Shown piece by piece: positions 26,646 to 40,935 of a stretch of 64,000 bases of DNA. A program made the translations under genes and the position numbers. The notes beneath the pieces are model-generated. The model was not told the origin of the DNA, ran no database searches, and saw only the letters and a list, made by a program, of their open reading frames with translations. Where the stretch lies: NCBI RefSeq assembly GCF_009914755.1, contig NC_060937.1; one strand, written 5' to 3'. Numbering within the stretch: position 1 is the first letter of the stretch; each line of letters opens with the position of its first letter. This DNA is from the human T2T-CHM13v2.0 reference genome, Homo sapiens.

Positions 26646-28679
26646 TCATAAAGCAATTTCCTTGTCTGAGTTCTAAAGAGACCCAGCTGCTATTTTCTTT
26701 TCTTGGCAAATTTTTCCCTGTGCAATCAAAAGGTCTGACTGAGATTAAGCTTTGCCAGACAGGAGCAAAGAAGAGCAAAACAAGGAATGATTTCAGCCAC
26801 CGTGGGCTTCTTCCCAAAACAATTAGAGCTTGAATTTAAGTGAACAAATCAGATTTGAGGTTTTTCTTCCTTGGAGGCCGTTTCATTGAGCAAAGAGCAC
26901 AGGGCTGATGAGCTGAGCCGATGGCTCCCCAAGCAGCTCTGCCACAGATCGAAATGCCACCTACAGCATCTGCCTATAGGTGGGCTGAGGACAGTGGGAG
27001 AGAACCATGAGGCTGTTGGTGAAAAACACTGGCAGATTTAAACATTAACTTTGTGCCAGGCAGGCCTTGCTTCAGAGCTTAGATGTATTTGCATTTATTC
27101 CTAATAACATCTTTGGGAATAGATACTGTTATCATCTCATTTTACCAACCAGGAAACTGAGGCTCCCAGAAGTTAAGTGACTCACCAATGGTTAACAATG
27201 AAATGACCCAGGAGAATCTAGAGCCCGCGCTCTTAACTACCAGACTCCAGAGTTGAAGGAAATCGGCTCTGGGAATAAAATTAGGAGGCCAGTTGCCCTC
27301 TTCTTCCCAAGGATGGCCCCAGAGCAGCCACTTTAAAGCTGTAAGTGAGCAACCTCAGAAAGAATAATAGTGTGGCTGCCAGTTCCCAAGCACACAGTGT
27401 GCTGATCTCTTCACCAACATCGTGGAATCCTCACCGCAGCCTAGAAAGGGAACATCCAGTTTTACAGATGAGAAAGCTGGTCCTCAGAGAGATGAAGGTT
27501 TTGCCCAAAGTCACACAAACAAAAAAATTCACAATCCAAACCTTTGTTTGTTCCCAAACATTGAGCTGTCAACCTCCACCTATAATTCAAAGCCATCACT
27601 TTGCAAATGGAGACCGCAAGGGGCAGAGAGCCCCTAACTGCAAAGCTAGGCAATCTCTTGGGCCCTCCTCCAGTCCAACACTTGCCAGTACCCGCTCCCC
27701 ACTCTCAGGTCCACCCATGACCTGTACCCCTCCTGGAGCAGGGCAAGGGGACCCCTGTCCTGGCCATGCGCCTACCTAACCACACCTCCTTCTCCAGGTC
27801 GTGGAACCGGGAAATCCCATGCCCAGACCACCCCAAGTCCATGTTCAGAGCCTGCACGGCCTCCTCCCACATCCATCAGTCCCAAGAAGGGCCACACAGT
27901 CCCAGGCCCAGAGAAGTGGTTAAGGGGCCAGGGTTTGTTGGGGTGCGGACATGTTAGCTGGGGTGGGGGTATTCATGCATATGCACATTAAAGCCTCCAC
28001 AGTGCAGAAAGAAGCTGGGGTGGAGGGAGAAGGAGGAAAGTAAGAGGCTGAGAGCCAGGGGCTGGCTCTCTCTGCATTGCTGCAATTGCCATGGAACTAT
28101 GAGGACCCCGAGAATTCGACATCCACACTGGCCATCTGGGGCCTCAGGGAGCTGACAGTGTAGGAGGACAGAACATTCAGCATCTGCTAAATGTTGACCT
28201 AAGAGTTTCTCAACTTTCTCCTAGGACCATGGGAAAAACCATCACCAGGGACGTGAAAACCTCATCAGGACGGTCTTTCCATCTCGTGCCCCTGTGTGGT
28301 GCTCTCTCATGCAACCTCTCTCTCTGTAGACCAGGTCTCCCCACACTTCAGGAAGCATGGCCACAGCAGCTGCCAGGTTTCACTGGCAGCTTTTGCTCCA
28401 CAGAGAGACTGATTTTTGACTTCTCTTGGGTTCCAAGTCCCAAATTGAAGCTTGCTGGCATATCTCTGGTCAGTGCTCACTTTGACCCAGCCAACTGAGG
28501 GCTGTGGGCTGGTCCCTCAAAAAATGGTTGCCCGATGGAGCCCCAGGGATGAGGAAGCCCAGCCATTACTGGGAGAGGAGGAGGATTCTGGGGCACAGAC
28601 AATATGTGCGTGTCTCATGCATCTCCTGAGGCTAGACAGTTGGTTGCCATTGCCACGAGACTATCAGACTATGCCTGTC

Positions 28680-28858
28680 TGCCTTCCTGCCTGACTTCTT
28701 TTTTCTCTCTCTCTTTTCCTCTCCCTCCTTTTCTTCCTTCCTTCCCTCCTTTCCTTCCTTCCTTCCTTACTTCCTTCCCTCCTCCCTTCTTTTCTTCCTC
28801 CTTCCCTTCTTTCCTCCTTTGCCTTCTCCCTTCCCTCCTACCTTCCTTTCTCCTTCCT
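28680..28858 (+). repeat. CT-rich (CCTT)n-like low-complexity tract
   Basis: ~175 nt almost pure pyrimidine. Confidence 0.9.
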
Positions 28859-30758
28859 GATCTGGATTTGAATTCTGAGTTTTCTCTTTCCCAAGCTCTA
28901 GAGGCATAGAGGAGACCAGGTCCCAGCTCTGCCATGCTTGCTGATGGGTCTGGGCATCTTTCTTTCTCCCCTGAGTCTTTATTTCCTCAGCTGTTAGTGG
29001 GGGGCATTTCAGCTCCTCCCCCAGTTTTTCCCCCTCTGTTGCTGAGCCTTTGAGCCTCCTAAACAATCAGTCTCAGTAGTCCAGACCCCTTTTTCCAAGC
29101 TGCTTTTTATAAACCTTTCAATGGTGGATTTCTCTCGCTGCTCAACGAAGTGTTCCTTTTTCATCCTTGATTTTGGACCGCAGCATTTCGAGTTCAATCT
29201 CAGGGTCATGGCCTGTCTACTCAGTACTATTTTAAGTTGAGAGATCTGCGTTGATGCTGTTTCTCTGAGAGCAATGTTCCCTCCATTAACTAATCCCTCG
29301 AGGAAATAATGCCATTATATGAAGCCAGCAGTGTTCAAAACAAAACCCACCTCTATAAATCATGCCAAGCAGGGTTCCAGATACCTCCAGGTGCAGCTTC
29401 CAATTGGTCTGACCTGGATGGGAGGAAATGGAACCGAGAAGTGACACATCTGACTTCTTCCTGACCCAGCTCCTCTTTCTGCCCCCTTCTCACTCCCTCC
29501 TGCCTCTGCAGCCAGCATCCTGCTTTCCCATCTCCCTCGCGTCCATCACAGCAGGGGCAGGGACAAGTGTAACGATTACTCTCGGTTCCCTGCATTAAAG
29601 TGGGGGCATGTCAGGCAGGGGAGTGGTTCCCTGAAGAAATGAGTTTGGGAAATGCTGGATTAAAGACAGTTCAATGGGTCTGTTAACCTCAGTACTTTTC
29701 TGAGCTCTTAATGTTTTCAAGTGCCTGGTAAATCCCCAGGAAAGGAACAGTTTCCCAAACTTACAAGGAGCCCCTTATTCAAGCTGTGTTTTGTGGGATG
29801 AGTGTTCCAAGCAATATCCTTTGAGAAATGCTGTCTGAACTGCAACTCATCTGCATTAAGGCACTCCTCCATTCAGCCTCTTATACATTGTTTTCTATCT
29901 AATCGTCAACTTATTTTGCTTTGACATTGCTGAAGAGCTTCCACATCTCATCTTTCAATTCTCCCTCCCAACAATCCTGTGAGACAAATGCTGTTCCTCA
30001 GAATTTGCAGATGAGAAACTGGAGCTCAAAGGAGTCTCCTTTTCCCAGTTCTCACCTCCAGGAAGCCCAGAACCTGGCTGAGCAAATGTGATGACTACTG
30101 GTGAACATATGAGGAAACTGAGGCACAGAGAGGTAAGCTGTTTCAGTTTGCTAGCAAGCCTGGGACCGATGTTTCTGGCTTCCTGGATCTGTCATCTTTC
30201 ACTTTCCATAAAGAAAAGCATGAGGCTTGTCAGCCAGCAGGCAGGGAGGATGGGAATGGGATGTCGTCAGAAGAGGGGACCAGATGGGATTCAGCATGCT
30301 GATGGCTGGCATTGGAGCAGGGGTCCCAGGAGAGTCTGAATATGCCCTACCATTAACCCCTTCTCCTGGTGAGATCCCAGAGGAAGACATGCAACGAGGA
30401 ACAATGGAAAATGGAGCCAAGGCACCATTTTATTGTGAGCTGGGACACCTGGTAGTCCCCTAAAGCTGGAGGTTATCTTGGGCTCAGAGCCTGGGCAGGG
30501 TCTTTCCCTCCTCTTCACCCAAATCTACAAGAGGCTGAAGACCCTGGTATGAGTGACCCCACCCACTGGTAAATGAAGTCTAGTCAGGATCCTGGTCTCT
30601 AATCAGTTGTACTCGAGGAATGGAGCTGCCTTCTCTCCTCCTGTCTAGGACAACTCAAAGTAGCACCACTTGTCCAACTCTCAAGCAAATGTTTGTTTGC
30701 TTTTCTAGGATGCTTTGGTAGAAGGTAGGGGACCATCAAGGAGGGACCATGCTTCTCA

Positions 30759-30970
30759 CCCCCTACTAACAGCTGAGGAAATAAAGGGGAGAAAGAAAGA
30801 TGTCCAGACCCATCAGCAAACATGGCAGAGCTGGGACCTGGTCTCCTCTACCCCTCTGGAGCTTGGGAAAGAGAAAACTCAGAATTCAAATCCAGGCAGG
30901 AGGGAGTGGGAAGGGGGCAGAAAGAGGAGCTGGGTCAGGAAAAAGTCAGATGTATCACTACTTGGCTCCA
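30759..30970 (-). repeat. Composite inverted copy of 28862-29004 and 29429-29505
   Basis: Direct reverse-complement alignment; also visible as near-identical peptides in ORFs 28767..29066(-) and 30715..31041(+). Confidence 0.9.
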
Positions 30971-31542
30971 GTGCTCAGAGGAGCCTGGCTACAGCTCCTA
31001 GAAGCTTGGTCAGGTCCTTCTGTTATCAGCACAGGGGATAGGATCATTCTTCTCAACCCTGGAGGCCAGTCTGTCTCATCTTAACCGTGACTACTCCCCC
31101 TCGCTCAGACTCTCTTCCACCTCCTGTTCCTCATCCCACCCCCTCCTTTCAGGAGCTAAGGTTAAGTCTGGGCCTGCCTTCCCCTTGCCATCAGTCCCAA
31201 GATCCCAAAGACTCTATTTTGTGGCTTAGATGCTAGTCTGAAATAACTTGGCTGGTATGACATATTGTACCTTCCCCTGCCTCTCATCTTGAAGCACACC
31301 CTCCTGTCTCCCTTTTCATTTCTGCCCTTGGTGGAGATTCTCATGCAAAGGTGTCATTTTTGTGCACCTTTATTATCAACAGAGGTATGATTGAAGGCTT
31401 ACAAATTTAATCGCTGGTTGGATGTTCCTGGACAATGACAAAGCAAGCACATCTTGTCCAGGAGATTCCTCTCTGGTGAAACATGGGAAAACTTTGCAAG
31501 AAAGATTTAGGCAATGTTTTTTCTCATCCATTTGGGAATTCC

Positions 31543-31981
31543 ATAGCGTGCTGAGTAACGGCCACCCAAAGATCCAAGTTCTAGTCCCTGGAACCCATGA
31601 ATATGACCTCATTTGGAAAGGGGTTTTGCAGCTGTGATTTAGGATTTGGGATGGGGAGATTACCCTGGATTTCCTGGGCGAGCCCTAAATGTCATAAGTG
31701 TCCTTACAAGAGAGAGGCAAAAGGACGTAAAAGAAATACATGTGGAAAAGTAATGGAAAGAAGAAATAAAGGGATGTGGCCACAAGCCATGCAATGCAGG
31801 GCAGCACCAGAAGCTAGAAGAGGCAAGGACGGATTCTCCTCTAGACCCCTCGAAGGAGCACGGTCCTGCTGACACCTTGGCTTCAGACTTCTGGCCTCCA
31901 GAATTGAGAGAGAATAAATGTGGGTTGTTTCAAGCCACTCAGTCTGTGGTCATTAGTTATGGCAGCCCTAGAAAGATGACA
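31543..31981 (+). mobile_element. MaLR LTR (MLT1C-like)
   Basis: cccaaagatccaagttctagtccctggaacc...gacttctggcctccagaattgagagagaataaat...ttatggcagccctagaaa. Confidence 0.8.
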
Positions 31982-32380
31982 CTAAGACTTCTGGAATGGA
32001 GCACAGTTTTCTTTGGAATATGGAATCTGGCCAGTGCTTATCCATCAATTATTTCATTTGCTCATTTAGTTCACATTTCACTTATGTTTCAGGCTCTGTG
32101 CTAAGCTCTGGGGACACAAATAGGACTAAGAACCTATTCTTGTCTCCAGGAACACACAGTCTAGCAGCAGAGAGAGTTACAAACACATTATAAAGTAATG
32201 ATTTAAATACAATAGGAGAGACACAAAGAGATCTCCATAGAGGGGTTGGGGACCAACTGGAACATTGTCAGGAGGTCTGGCCAGGGATTCCTAGGGAGGG
32301 AGAGGCCTGAGCAGCAGGAAGATGGACAGGTGAAGGCTGGTGGAGGGTGGGGTTGAGGGGTATGTGTGGTGCAGTGTGCC

Positions 32381-32480
32381 TGTGTGTGTGTGTGTGTGTG
32401 TGTGCATGCATATGCATGGGGTATGTGTGATGCAGTGTGTATGTGTTAGAGAGAGAGCATATGCACATGTATGTACACCT
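32381..32480 (+). repeat. (TG)n microsatellite with degenerate TG/TA-rich flank
   Basis: About 12 perfect TG units then gcatgcatatgcatg. Confidence 0.85.
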
Positions 32481-33147
32481 GAGGGTGGGAGGTTGGGTGG
32501 GTTTGAGCAGGGCTGCCATGGCCAGGGATATAGGATTTGGGGGTACATGGTGTCCCTTGGGAGTAACCCCTTCCTCCTTGAAGCCATGGTCCTGCCCCAA
32601 CATCTCTACCACCTCTGAGGAAGGGCTAATCACCATTTTTAGGGACACTTTTCAACCAGTGCAGGACCTCCCCAACAACCACAGAGGATAGTTTCAGACT
32701 GAGGACTGCTCTTCCTTGGTTGCCAAAACTAGCTGTGATGCCCCCACCTCTCTTCCTAAAAGCAAGAGATTTATGAGCTTATGTAGGAAAGATGCACTAT
32801 GTTAGAAATCTGAGCTCTGCACATGTCACTCCTGGGTAGGTCTCAATGACCTTAGAGCCCCTGGCCTGCAGACCTGCTTTCATGGGCCAGGGGGAGCCCC
32901 CAGACCAGTGTGTGCCCTCCAGTCCCCACCGCCATGAAACAAAGAGTCTGCCATGGATGGCAGTCTACATTGGGCCAACGTAGACTCCTATTTCCAAGCC
33001 TATTATCTCAAAAAGTCTTTGTGTCAGGCAATTTTTTAACTTCTGTGAGGAATGGTTTTATAGTTCATTATTGGCTAAAACTCTGAGGAGCATGGGAAGG
33101 GGGAGAGACTGAGTGAGTGGCTGCAGTTGATATCTCCAAGAGGTTCC

Positions 33148-33514
33148 TGATATGGTTTGGCTGTGTCTCCACCCAAATCTCATCTTGAATTGTAGCTCCC
33201 ATAATTCCCGCATGTCATGGGAGGGAGCCAGTGGGAGATAATTGAATCATGGGGTCAGATCTTTCCCATGCTGTTCTCATGATAGTGAATACGTCTCATG
33301 AAATCTGATGGTTTTATAAATGGGAGTTCCCCTGCACAAGCTCTCTCTTGTCTTCCACCCTGTAAGACATGCCTCTGCTCCTCCTTTGCCTTCCACCATA
33401 ATTGTGAGGGCTCCCCAGCCATGTGGAACTGTGAGTCCATTACACCTCTTTTTATTTATAAATTACCCAGTCTCGGGTATGTCTTTATTGGCAGCATAAG
33501 AACAGACTAATCCA
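33148..33514 (+). mobile_element. THE1 (THE1B-like) solo LTR
   Basis: tgatatggtttggctgtgtctccacccaaatctcatcttgaattgtagctccc...aacagactaatcca; 5-bp TSD gttcc/ggtcc. Confidence 0.92.
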
Positions 33515-36500
33515 GGTCCCAAGTAGGAAATGGGCAGAGGGGAATGGGCTAGCACTGGGTGAGGCCAGATGGACAGAAGGGAGAATCCAGGACACCCTGT
33601 GGGTTCTTTCCATTTCGATGGTGGCTGAAACAGGTGCCTCTGACTTCCAGACCCTGTTGATTCAGTGGGACCAAAGACAAGCATATGAAGACCATGATAA
33701 GTTGAACAAGGAGAGAACCATCTTCCTCTGACACCACAGCATTCATCACCCAAACTCCACCCCAGACTCTTGTGGAATGCATTTATTGTTCCAGTTTCCC
33801 ACTCAATTTTCTAATTTTACACATGGGAGAGCATTCTCCAAATGCAATGTCCTTTGCTTCCTCACACTCATTCAGCTGCAACTGCTCTCAGAAAACGCCA
33901 GTTAACTCTGTGCTTCAGTCTAGTGCACATTCTGGTCTTCATCTCCTTTGGCCACTTTGTAGCACTCGTCCCTCTCCATCCCTTCCTCCTTTTTCTCCCT
34001 TGGCTTCTGTGACCTCTACCACCTGTTTCCTTCCAGCTCTCCCACCACTGTTTCCTCAGATGCCTTTCTTCTGCCCTGATTCTTAACATAGGCCTCCTGA
34101 GGGTTTCTGTTTTGAACCTCAATTCTTTGACAAATCCTGACTGAGCATCTACTAAATGCAAACCCTGTGCTAGGCACTTGGGCTATTAAAAAATGAATAG
34201 AACTGAGCCTCTTCCCTCTCACATGTGTAGATGAGGCTAAAAGCTCAGTAGAGGAGGGTGCGTATGACTCAGGTGCATGGGGGGCACACACAGGACAAAA
34301 ATCCTTCACTTGGACTGCGTGCACAGCTGGCTTGTGTGTCTGCACCGAGAGCCCGGCTGTCCACTACGACTGCAGTCTGTATTTCAGCTCTGCTTTCTAC
34401 CGAGTTCCACACCCGGGAGACTCTGCTCACTGGCTGGCTGTTGGCTCTGCACACACCTCAAATTCAACATGTGTCACGGTAAACCTGGCTCTCCCTCACC
34501 TTCTTCTCTGGCTCTCTCTCTGCGTGTTCTCCTTCAAGGAAGGGCACCGTTTTTCACCTTGAAAAGAGAGACTAAAGTCAGAGAGACCTGGGAGTCAGCC
34601 TGGACTCCCCACTCCCTCTCCCCGATTCAGAGCCACACAATAGCAGGGCAGGAGGCGCCATGCACAACACAGATGAGGACATCAGCGCCTGGGGGTTGGA
34701 GGATGAGCTTTCTGGGCAAACTGTGAGGGCCAAAGAGCCCTGCTCAGAGCAACGGCTTGGTGAATTGCTCAGGTTACTAGGCATGATTCCCAGTGGTGGG
34801 AAAGGAGTAACGAGTCCCTGCTTCCCTCCTTGGGAGCTGGGAGGTTCTCAGCATCTTGGGCCACCCTCACTTTGTGCAACCTCAGGGTCTGCTGCTTACA
34901 CATGAGGTCCTAATGCCTATGGACTCAGCACTGAAGAAACATTTCCTGGCCAGTCTCCTCTGTGCCATGTTGGGAGAATGCACATGCCCTGGGATGCAGG
35001 GGAGAACGGGAAAAACTAGGTTACGTGCCGGGCAGATGTGCAGCTGGGTCTGCCCAGCATCCTCCATTCTCCTGGAAGCAGCATCCCACTTGCTTTGATA
35101 AATATTCTTCCCTCTACCTACTCATGGTTAGAATGGCAGCAGTCATGTTCTTGCAGAGCTCACTCTGGGCACAGTTTCGTCCCTGGGAGGGATGGAAATT
35201 TCCCCCTGGGACTTCTTGCCCCTGGGAGGTGTGTTAGTGGTGTCTGCTGGGGACTGCTGTTGCAGCTATGCTTCCCAACCTCCCCTAGAAGCAAGTTATC
35301 AGCAAGGATAGTGGAGAGGATTCCCAGTGTTCCAAAAGCCCGGCTGCCCTGAGTTATGCACAGACTGGTTAGTCAATGCTTGCTTTCACTACCTGCCATC
35401 CTTCTGCTTATAAATCCCCTTTGAACCAAAGTACTTTTAGGTGGGTTTGTGACATTTTACAACTGAATGGCCTAACTGGTACAGTGAAGGTGATGCCCCT
35501 TCTCCGAGGCCCAGGGCTAACACCTGTAGGGAGGAATTCCAGATGGGCAGGCAGGCACTCATGAGGAGTGTGACCAGAACACACCAGCTGTGTGTGGAAA
35601 ATACATCAACCCACCTGTGTGCAGAACACACAGTATATGTGCCATAAACACATGAAAGCCATAGCAACTGTAGAGTCAATATCTGCTATTCTAGATTTTA
35701 TTCTTGTGGCTGTGAAGCAGTGGGAACTGTTTATTCCTGGACTTGTATCACCCAATCATGGAGGAACAGTTATGACTCTGATCACTAGAACACTCCAGTA
35801 GTTTGTTAAGGTTAGGTCAACAAATACATTCAATATAATTTATGGCAACCTTTTGGTTGATGGGCCACATTTAATAATGCTTTTTGACATAAGTGGATAC
35901 AAGTAATGCCTAAAAACAACTATCAAAGAAGCATTGTCTAATTCCTCTAACAAAGTAATCCTTTGGATAACATGCTTATGTATAGTAGCTATAAAATCTC
36001 CAAAATTCTCAAACAAAATTTACATCATTTTAAAAGTGTTGAGCTGATCATCGTTACCAAATAAAGTATATAATCTTTGTATCCTGGATCCAAAAATACA
36101 GTTGTAAAGGACATTTTTGATGGACAACTGGACCTGGAAATACTATTGTGTCAATGAGATTTCTTGGGTTTGATGATGGCCTGTGGTTCAGGAGAAGGTC
36201 CCTGTCTCAAGAAGGCACATGGTGAGAAGTGTCACAGTAACTGGTCACATGTTCACTGTGCTATTCTTTCAACTTTTCTAAATCATGGGAGCATTTTTTT
36301 TAAATGCTAGTCTGGTATTTGTCATTGTTAGAAGGGAAAGGGGTATTATTAAAAGACTTGAGAGATTTTATTAGGAAACCAAACAGCTTACACACCCTGG
36401 CAATAGTTTACATCTCTGGGACTGGGAAAATATTGTCCTCTGCTTATGGACTGTAAAGTCACAATTCTCCAGAGACACTTTTGGCATCCTTCGGCTTTTG

Positions 36501-37689
36501 AACGCCCCCAAACACTCAGACATGGGCAGTCAAGAGGAGCCACAGGCACCTCAGCAATCATAAAGACTCTTGGGTTCCTGCTAAACGCACAGCAGCCACC
36601 TGGTTCACCAAGCAGGAAGAAAGCCATGCTCTGACTCCCTGGCAATGTCTACTTAAAAAGCCACACTTTCACAGAAACCACGAAGGGGGTAAATAAAACA
36701 TCAGTGTGTTTGTGTGCAACGGTGGCAATGAGAAGTAAAAAGTGAACGCTGATATCGGAGAAGAAAGCTAACACTGAAGAGGTAGACGAGGGAGCACCTC
36801 CCCAGCCAACATAACTTGTAGAACTTCCTGGGTGTCCACCCTGTGCCAAGATCACTCAACACATCATGTGCACAAATTCCTTTAATCTTCAACAACCACC
36901 TTGTGGAGGCAGAAACTGAGTTTACAGAGGAAACCAGCTGGAGAGGTTAATGCCAAGGCCATATGGATTGTGAAAAGTGCAACCAGAATGTAAACCCAAG
37001 TGTTTGACTTAAAAGCCAAACAACCACTTACACTTTCCAGTGCTCCTTCCCTGCTCAGCTGGGCCAGTACTGAGTGCAAGAAGGGGTTGTTTCCCAATTC
37101 TCCATGCTTTTCTGTATTTTATTAATAATAAGAGCCAGAAGCAAAAAGGAACACATTGATAGGAAACCCCTGGGATTGTGTATGTGTCCACGCGGGGGAC
37201 GATGTACGTGTCTGTGCAGAGGATGTTGGGGGGTGAGGGGTGGTGGTGATGCAGGGAAGCAGCCCCTGAAAGCACCAGTCCAACAGTGAACTACAGCAAG
37301 ATACTCAGCTGCCTTCATTCACTCGGCTACAGAGAGGCTTATTCTCAGTGGGACTCAAAGCTTCAGTGATTAATGCAGAAGTCAGTTAAACATGTACAAA
37401 ACCTATAGAAAGGTGCAGAAAGCCATTTTGCATCAATCCCAAAATTCCTCCTGTGAGAAGCGGGAGAGGTATAGGGAAGTTGGGTATATGTAAGTGATAC
37501 TTGAACATCTATAGCCAATGTGAAAAGGATAATTACAGAAAAAATGTAAATGGATGAGTCTATCATCCGTTTATCTACAGAATAGATCATCAGTGCTTTG
37601 AAAAGGAAACTTCAAATTCTTAGCACTGAGACATCAGTTATCAAACAGGACACCCCACATACAGTCAACAGCCCTGTGGTTGTCATTGG

Positions 37690-37830
37690 ACTCACCTGGG
37701 AAGCTTTTAAAATCCTGATGCCCAGGTCCCATCCCAGACCAATTACATCAATCTCTGAGAGTATGTGTCAGTATTTTGTACAATTAGCCCCTGAGAAATT
37801 CTAATATGCAACCAGGGTTAAAAGTCAGTT
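37690..37830. mobile_element. MER5-like hAT fragment
   Basis: tcacctgggaagcttttaaaatcctgatgcccaggtcccatcccagaccaatt...ttctaatatgcaaccagggtt. Confidence 0.65.
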
Positions 37831-37984
37831 TCTAGTCCAATGCTCAATGAAAAGGTATGCTTTGTTGTTTGTTTCTTTTTTTAATGAACAATTGCAATTG
37901 TCTAAGCCAGTATCTCTCAAACATTTTGGGACACGATCTTCAGTAAGCCTGGACCTAATTTATGCCAAACAGATAAAAGCATCA

Positions 37985-38317
<333 letters not shown>

Positions 38318-38934
38318 ACCAATCCTCACCTTAACTCCTTATGATGCATTGATATTTTGTTTCATTAAATTTTTTCTTTTTTTAAAAAAAAATACTGGTC
38401 TCGATCGGCTTTACAAAACACTGGACTAAGAATCTGCATTTTGTAAAGAAAAGCTTCAGTGTTTCATATAAACATGGGTTTAGAAAACCGGATACAGCCT
38501 GGTGAAAAAACAGCAAATCTTAACATGGTTGGATTTTATGGCTAATTTCAGGGAAGAGATTTTGAGTCCTCCCACGGAGTTTTCAATGACGATACAAGTG
38601 CATTTTCACAGTGCTAGTCAACTTTCATCCCTGGCTATGTGCATGCCGACTTTGATCGCTCCGCCACCGGAGAGAACATGGGCCTTACAGTTAGATCTAA
38701 GTTCTAATTAACATATATTTTAGCTTGGTCAGAGCGTCACCCCATTTTCCCACCTGTAAAATGGGGGAAACAATGCAACAATGCCTTTCTGAGAAGATCG
38801 TTGTGAAGCCTGAGTGAAGACACCTGGCACAGTGCCGGATTGCTTAAAGATACTCAGAAAGGGCCATTTTACTTCCTTCTCTTTGAGTGTTATTTTGAAG
38901 TTCAAAGTCACTTTCCCTGTAACTGAAGGACAAG

Positions 38935-39091
38935 GGACATTGTTGGTTGTCACAACTGGGGTAGAGAGGTGCTACTGACATTTGATGGGTAGAAGCTAGG
39001 GATGCTGTTAAACATCCTACAAGGCACAGGACAGCCCCCACAATTGATTAGCCGGCCCCAAATGTTAATATGCCAAAGTTGAGAAACCCAG
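38935..39091 (+). mobile_element. MER20 hAT fragment
   Basis: ggttgtcacaactggg...gggatgctgttaaacatcctacaaggcacaggacagccccca...gttgagaaaccc. Confidence 0.85.
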
Positions 39092-39432
39092 CACTAGAGG
39101 AATCCACCATGGCAGAGACTGGCCCAGTCAAGGTTATATAGATTTGGATGAGGAAATGGGGATTCACAGAAATTGGGTTAATTACCTAAAAACCATAGCA
39201 CTTAAGGGGCCAGCATGAACTCTTGAACATGAAACAAAATCTTTTCCAACCCCAAAAGATCTTTCCACTATACCATACTGCCTGCCACCTGCCCTGAAGC
39301 AGTATAAGAACTGTCAACAGGCCCATGCTATGCAGTTCTAAGAAAACTAAACCACAAGTGACTGAAAAGCTGTTATCCTAGAGCTTTCAAGTATGCTCCC
39401 GTTCTTATTTCCAAATCACATGCTAATATGAA

Positions 39433-39468
39433 CTAAAAGACAACTAGTTTCGACTAGTTGTCTTTTAG
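39433..39468. repeat. Perfect inverted repeat, 16-bp arms, 4-nt loop
   Basis: ctaaaagacaactagt-ttcg-actagttgtcttttag. Confidence 0.95.
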
Positions 39469-40102
39469 GAAGTCTCTAAGGCTAACAAACTAGACCAATA
39501 CAAGAAAACCATAGCACACATGCCAGAGCAAATAGGGGAACACTTCTCATCATTCTGCCCACTTAGAAGAGCTTAACCGTACCAAAATTACTCAGTACTT
39601 GGAGAAAGTCAACCTCTCTCCAAATATTTGTATAGACTCCATCTTCCCAGAAAAGCTGATGTCATTGTTTTGTGCTATGAAAACTATGATAGATGGCAAG
39701 AGATATTACTCCACAACAATCAAAACACCACAGGCAAAATAGAAGTCTGGATATAAATTGACAAGTGGTAATGTAGAAAAAAAGTATCTTGAATGCTGCT
39801 TACAAACGCAAGTCATTAATCACAGTAGCTAAAGATTTTAGCCCTTCAGAAACTAACTTCCAATAGGCTATTTTGTAGAGGCAGGTTACACTAGTCAAAT
39901 TAATTGCACTATTTCTTTTGATAAATAATCAAGCAAACATTGGGATTTTACTCAAGAAAAGTAAGTTAATCATTGCTCAGACATAATATTCATGACAAAG
40001 TAGACTCAAAATTCAACTGTTATTAAAAATGGACGTTGTTTAGAAATATTGTCACAAAATGACAATTTAAAATGAATTGTAAAATTTAATCTTTAAACAG
40101 CA

Positions 40103-40108
40103 TTTATT
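40103..40108 (-). terminator. HSPH1: Candidate distal HSPH1 poly(A) signal AATAAA (ATTAAA at 40085-40090)
   Basis: tttatt on plus strand, followed on the minus strand by U/GU-rich sequence. Confidence 0.5.
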
Positions 40109-40935
40109 CAAACTGGTGCATATCTTTGAGATCCTCGATGATTACTAGGTATATATCACAACTGTTTGAGCCAATGATATTAATACGTTATTATAAAGTA
40201 ATCAACATGACAATACTTTTGCCCGCATCCAAAAGCGCAGTACACTGATTTAGGCCAGACTGACTGATGCTCCCTCCCGTCATCAGGTTCTATTTTAGGA
40301 CAGGAGGAAAAACATGTTTTCCCATTCACAGTTTTTAAAAATCTTTTTTAATGGATGTCCTAATTGTACACAGAACACAAACCTATCTTCACTTCTCAAT
40401 GTGTAAATGTGTATCTACTAAGTATACATTAATGTGCATTAAAGACATTCAGAAAACATAAAAACCAAAGAAACATATTAACTGCATAAAAATTTAAAGT
40501 TGCTAAATGGTAAAGCAGCTAGAAATTATAAAGTAGGGAAATGTTGAATAGCTGACATAAAGATTCTTAGTAAGAACATTTTACATTCCAATATTACAAA
40601 TGAGTACAATATGCAATGCATGAAAAATAAGCCAATTCTGAGATGTTGAAGCACCTATCAGACGTACAAATGACGAGCTACCTGGTCTAGATGGAATGAA
40701 GTGTTAGCTTTAAAATTTGAGTTAATTTAATAACTTACATCTTCACCCAGGAAGCATCAGAGCTGAGGAAATAAACCTCAGCAGTCAAGTGTTACTAAAC
40801 CTCATAGTTTGAAGATATTACTCCGTGATGTGTGGAGCACAGAGTAGCTAAATAGTACTTATAATAAATTGGCTATAGTTCTAAGATTAATCCCTTGTGG
40901 AAGAGGGAAAGTTGGCCCTCATCAAGATCATAAAT

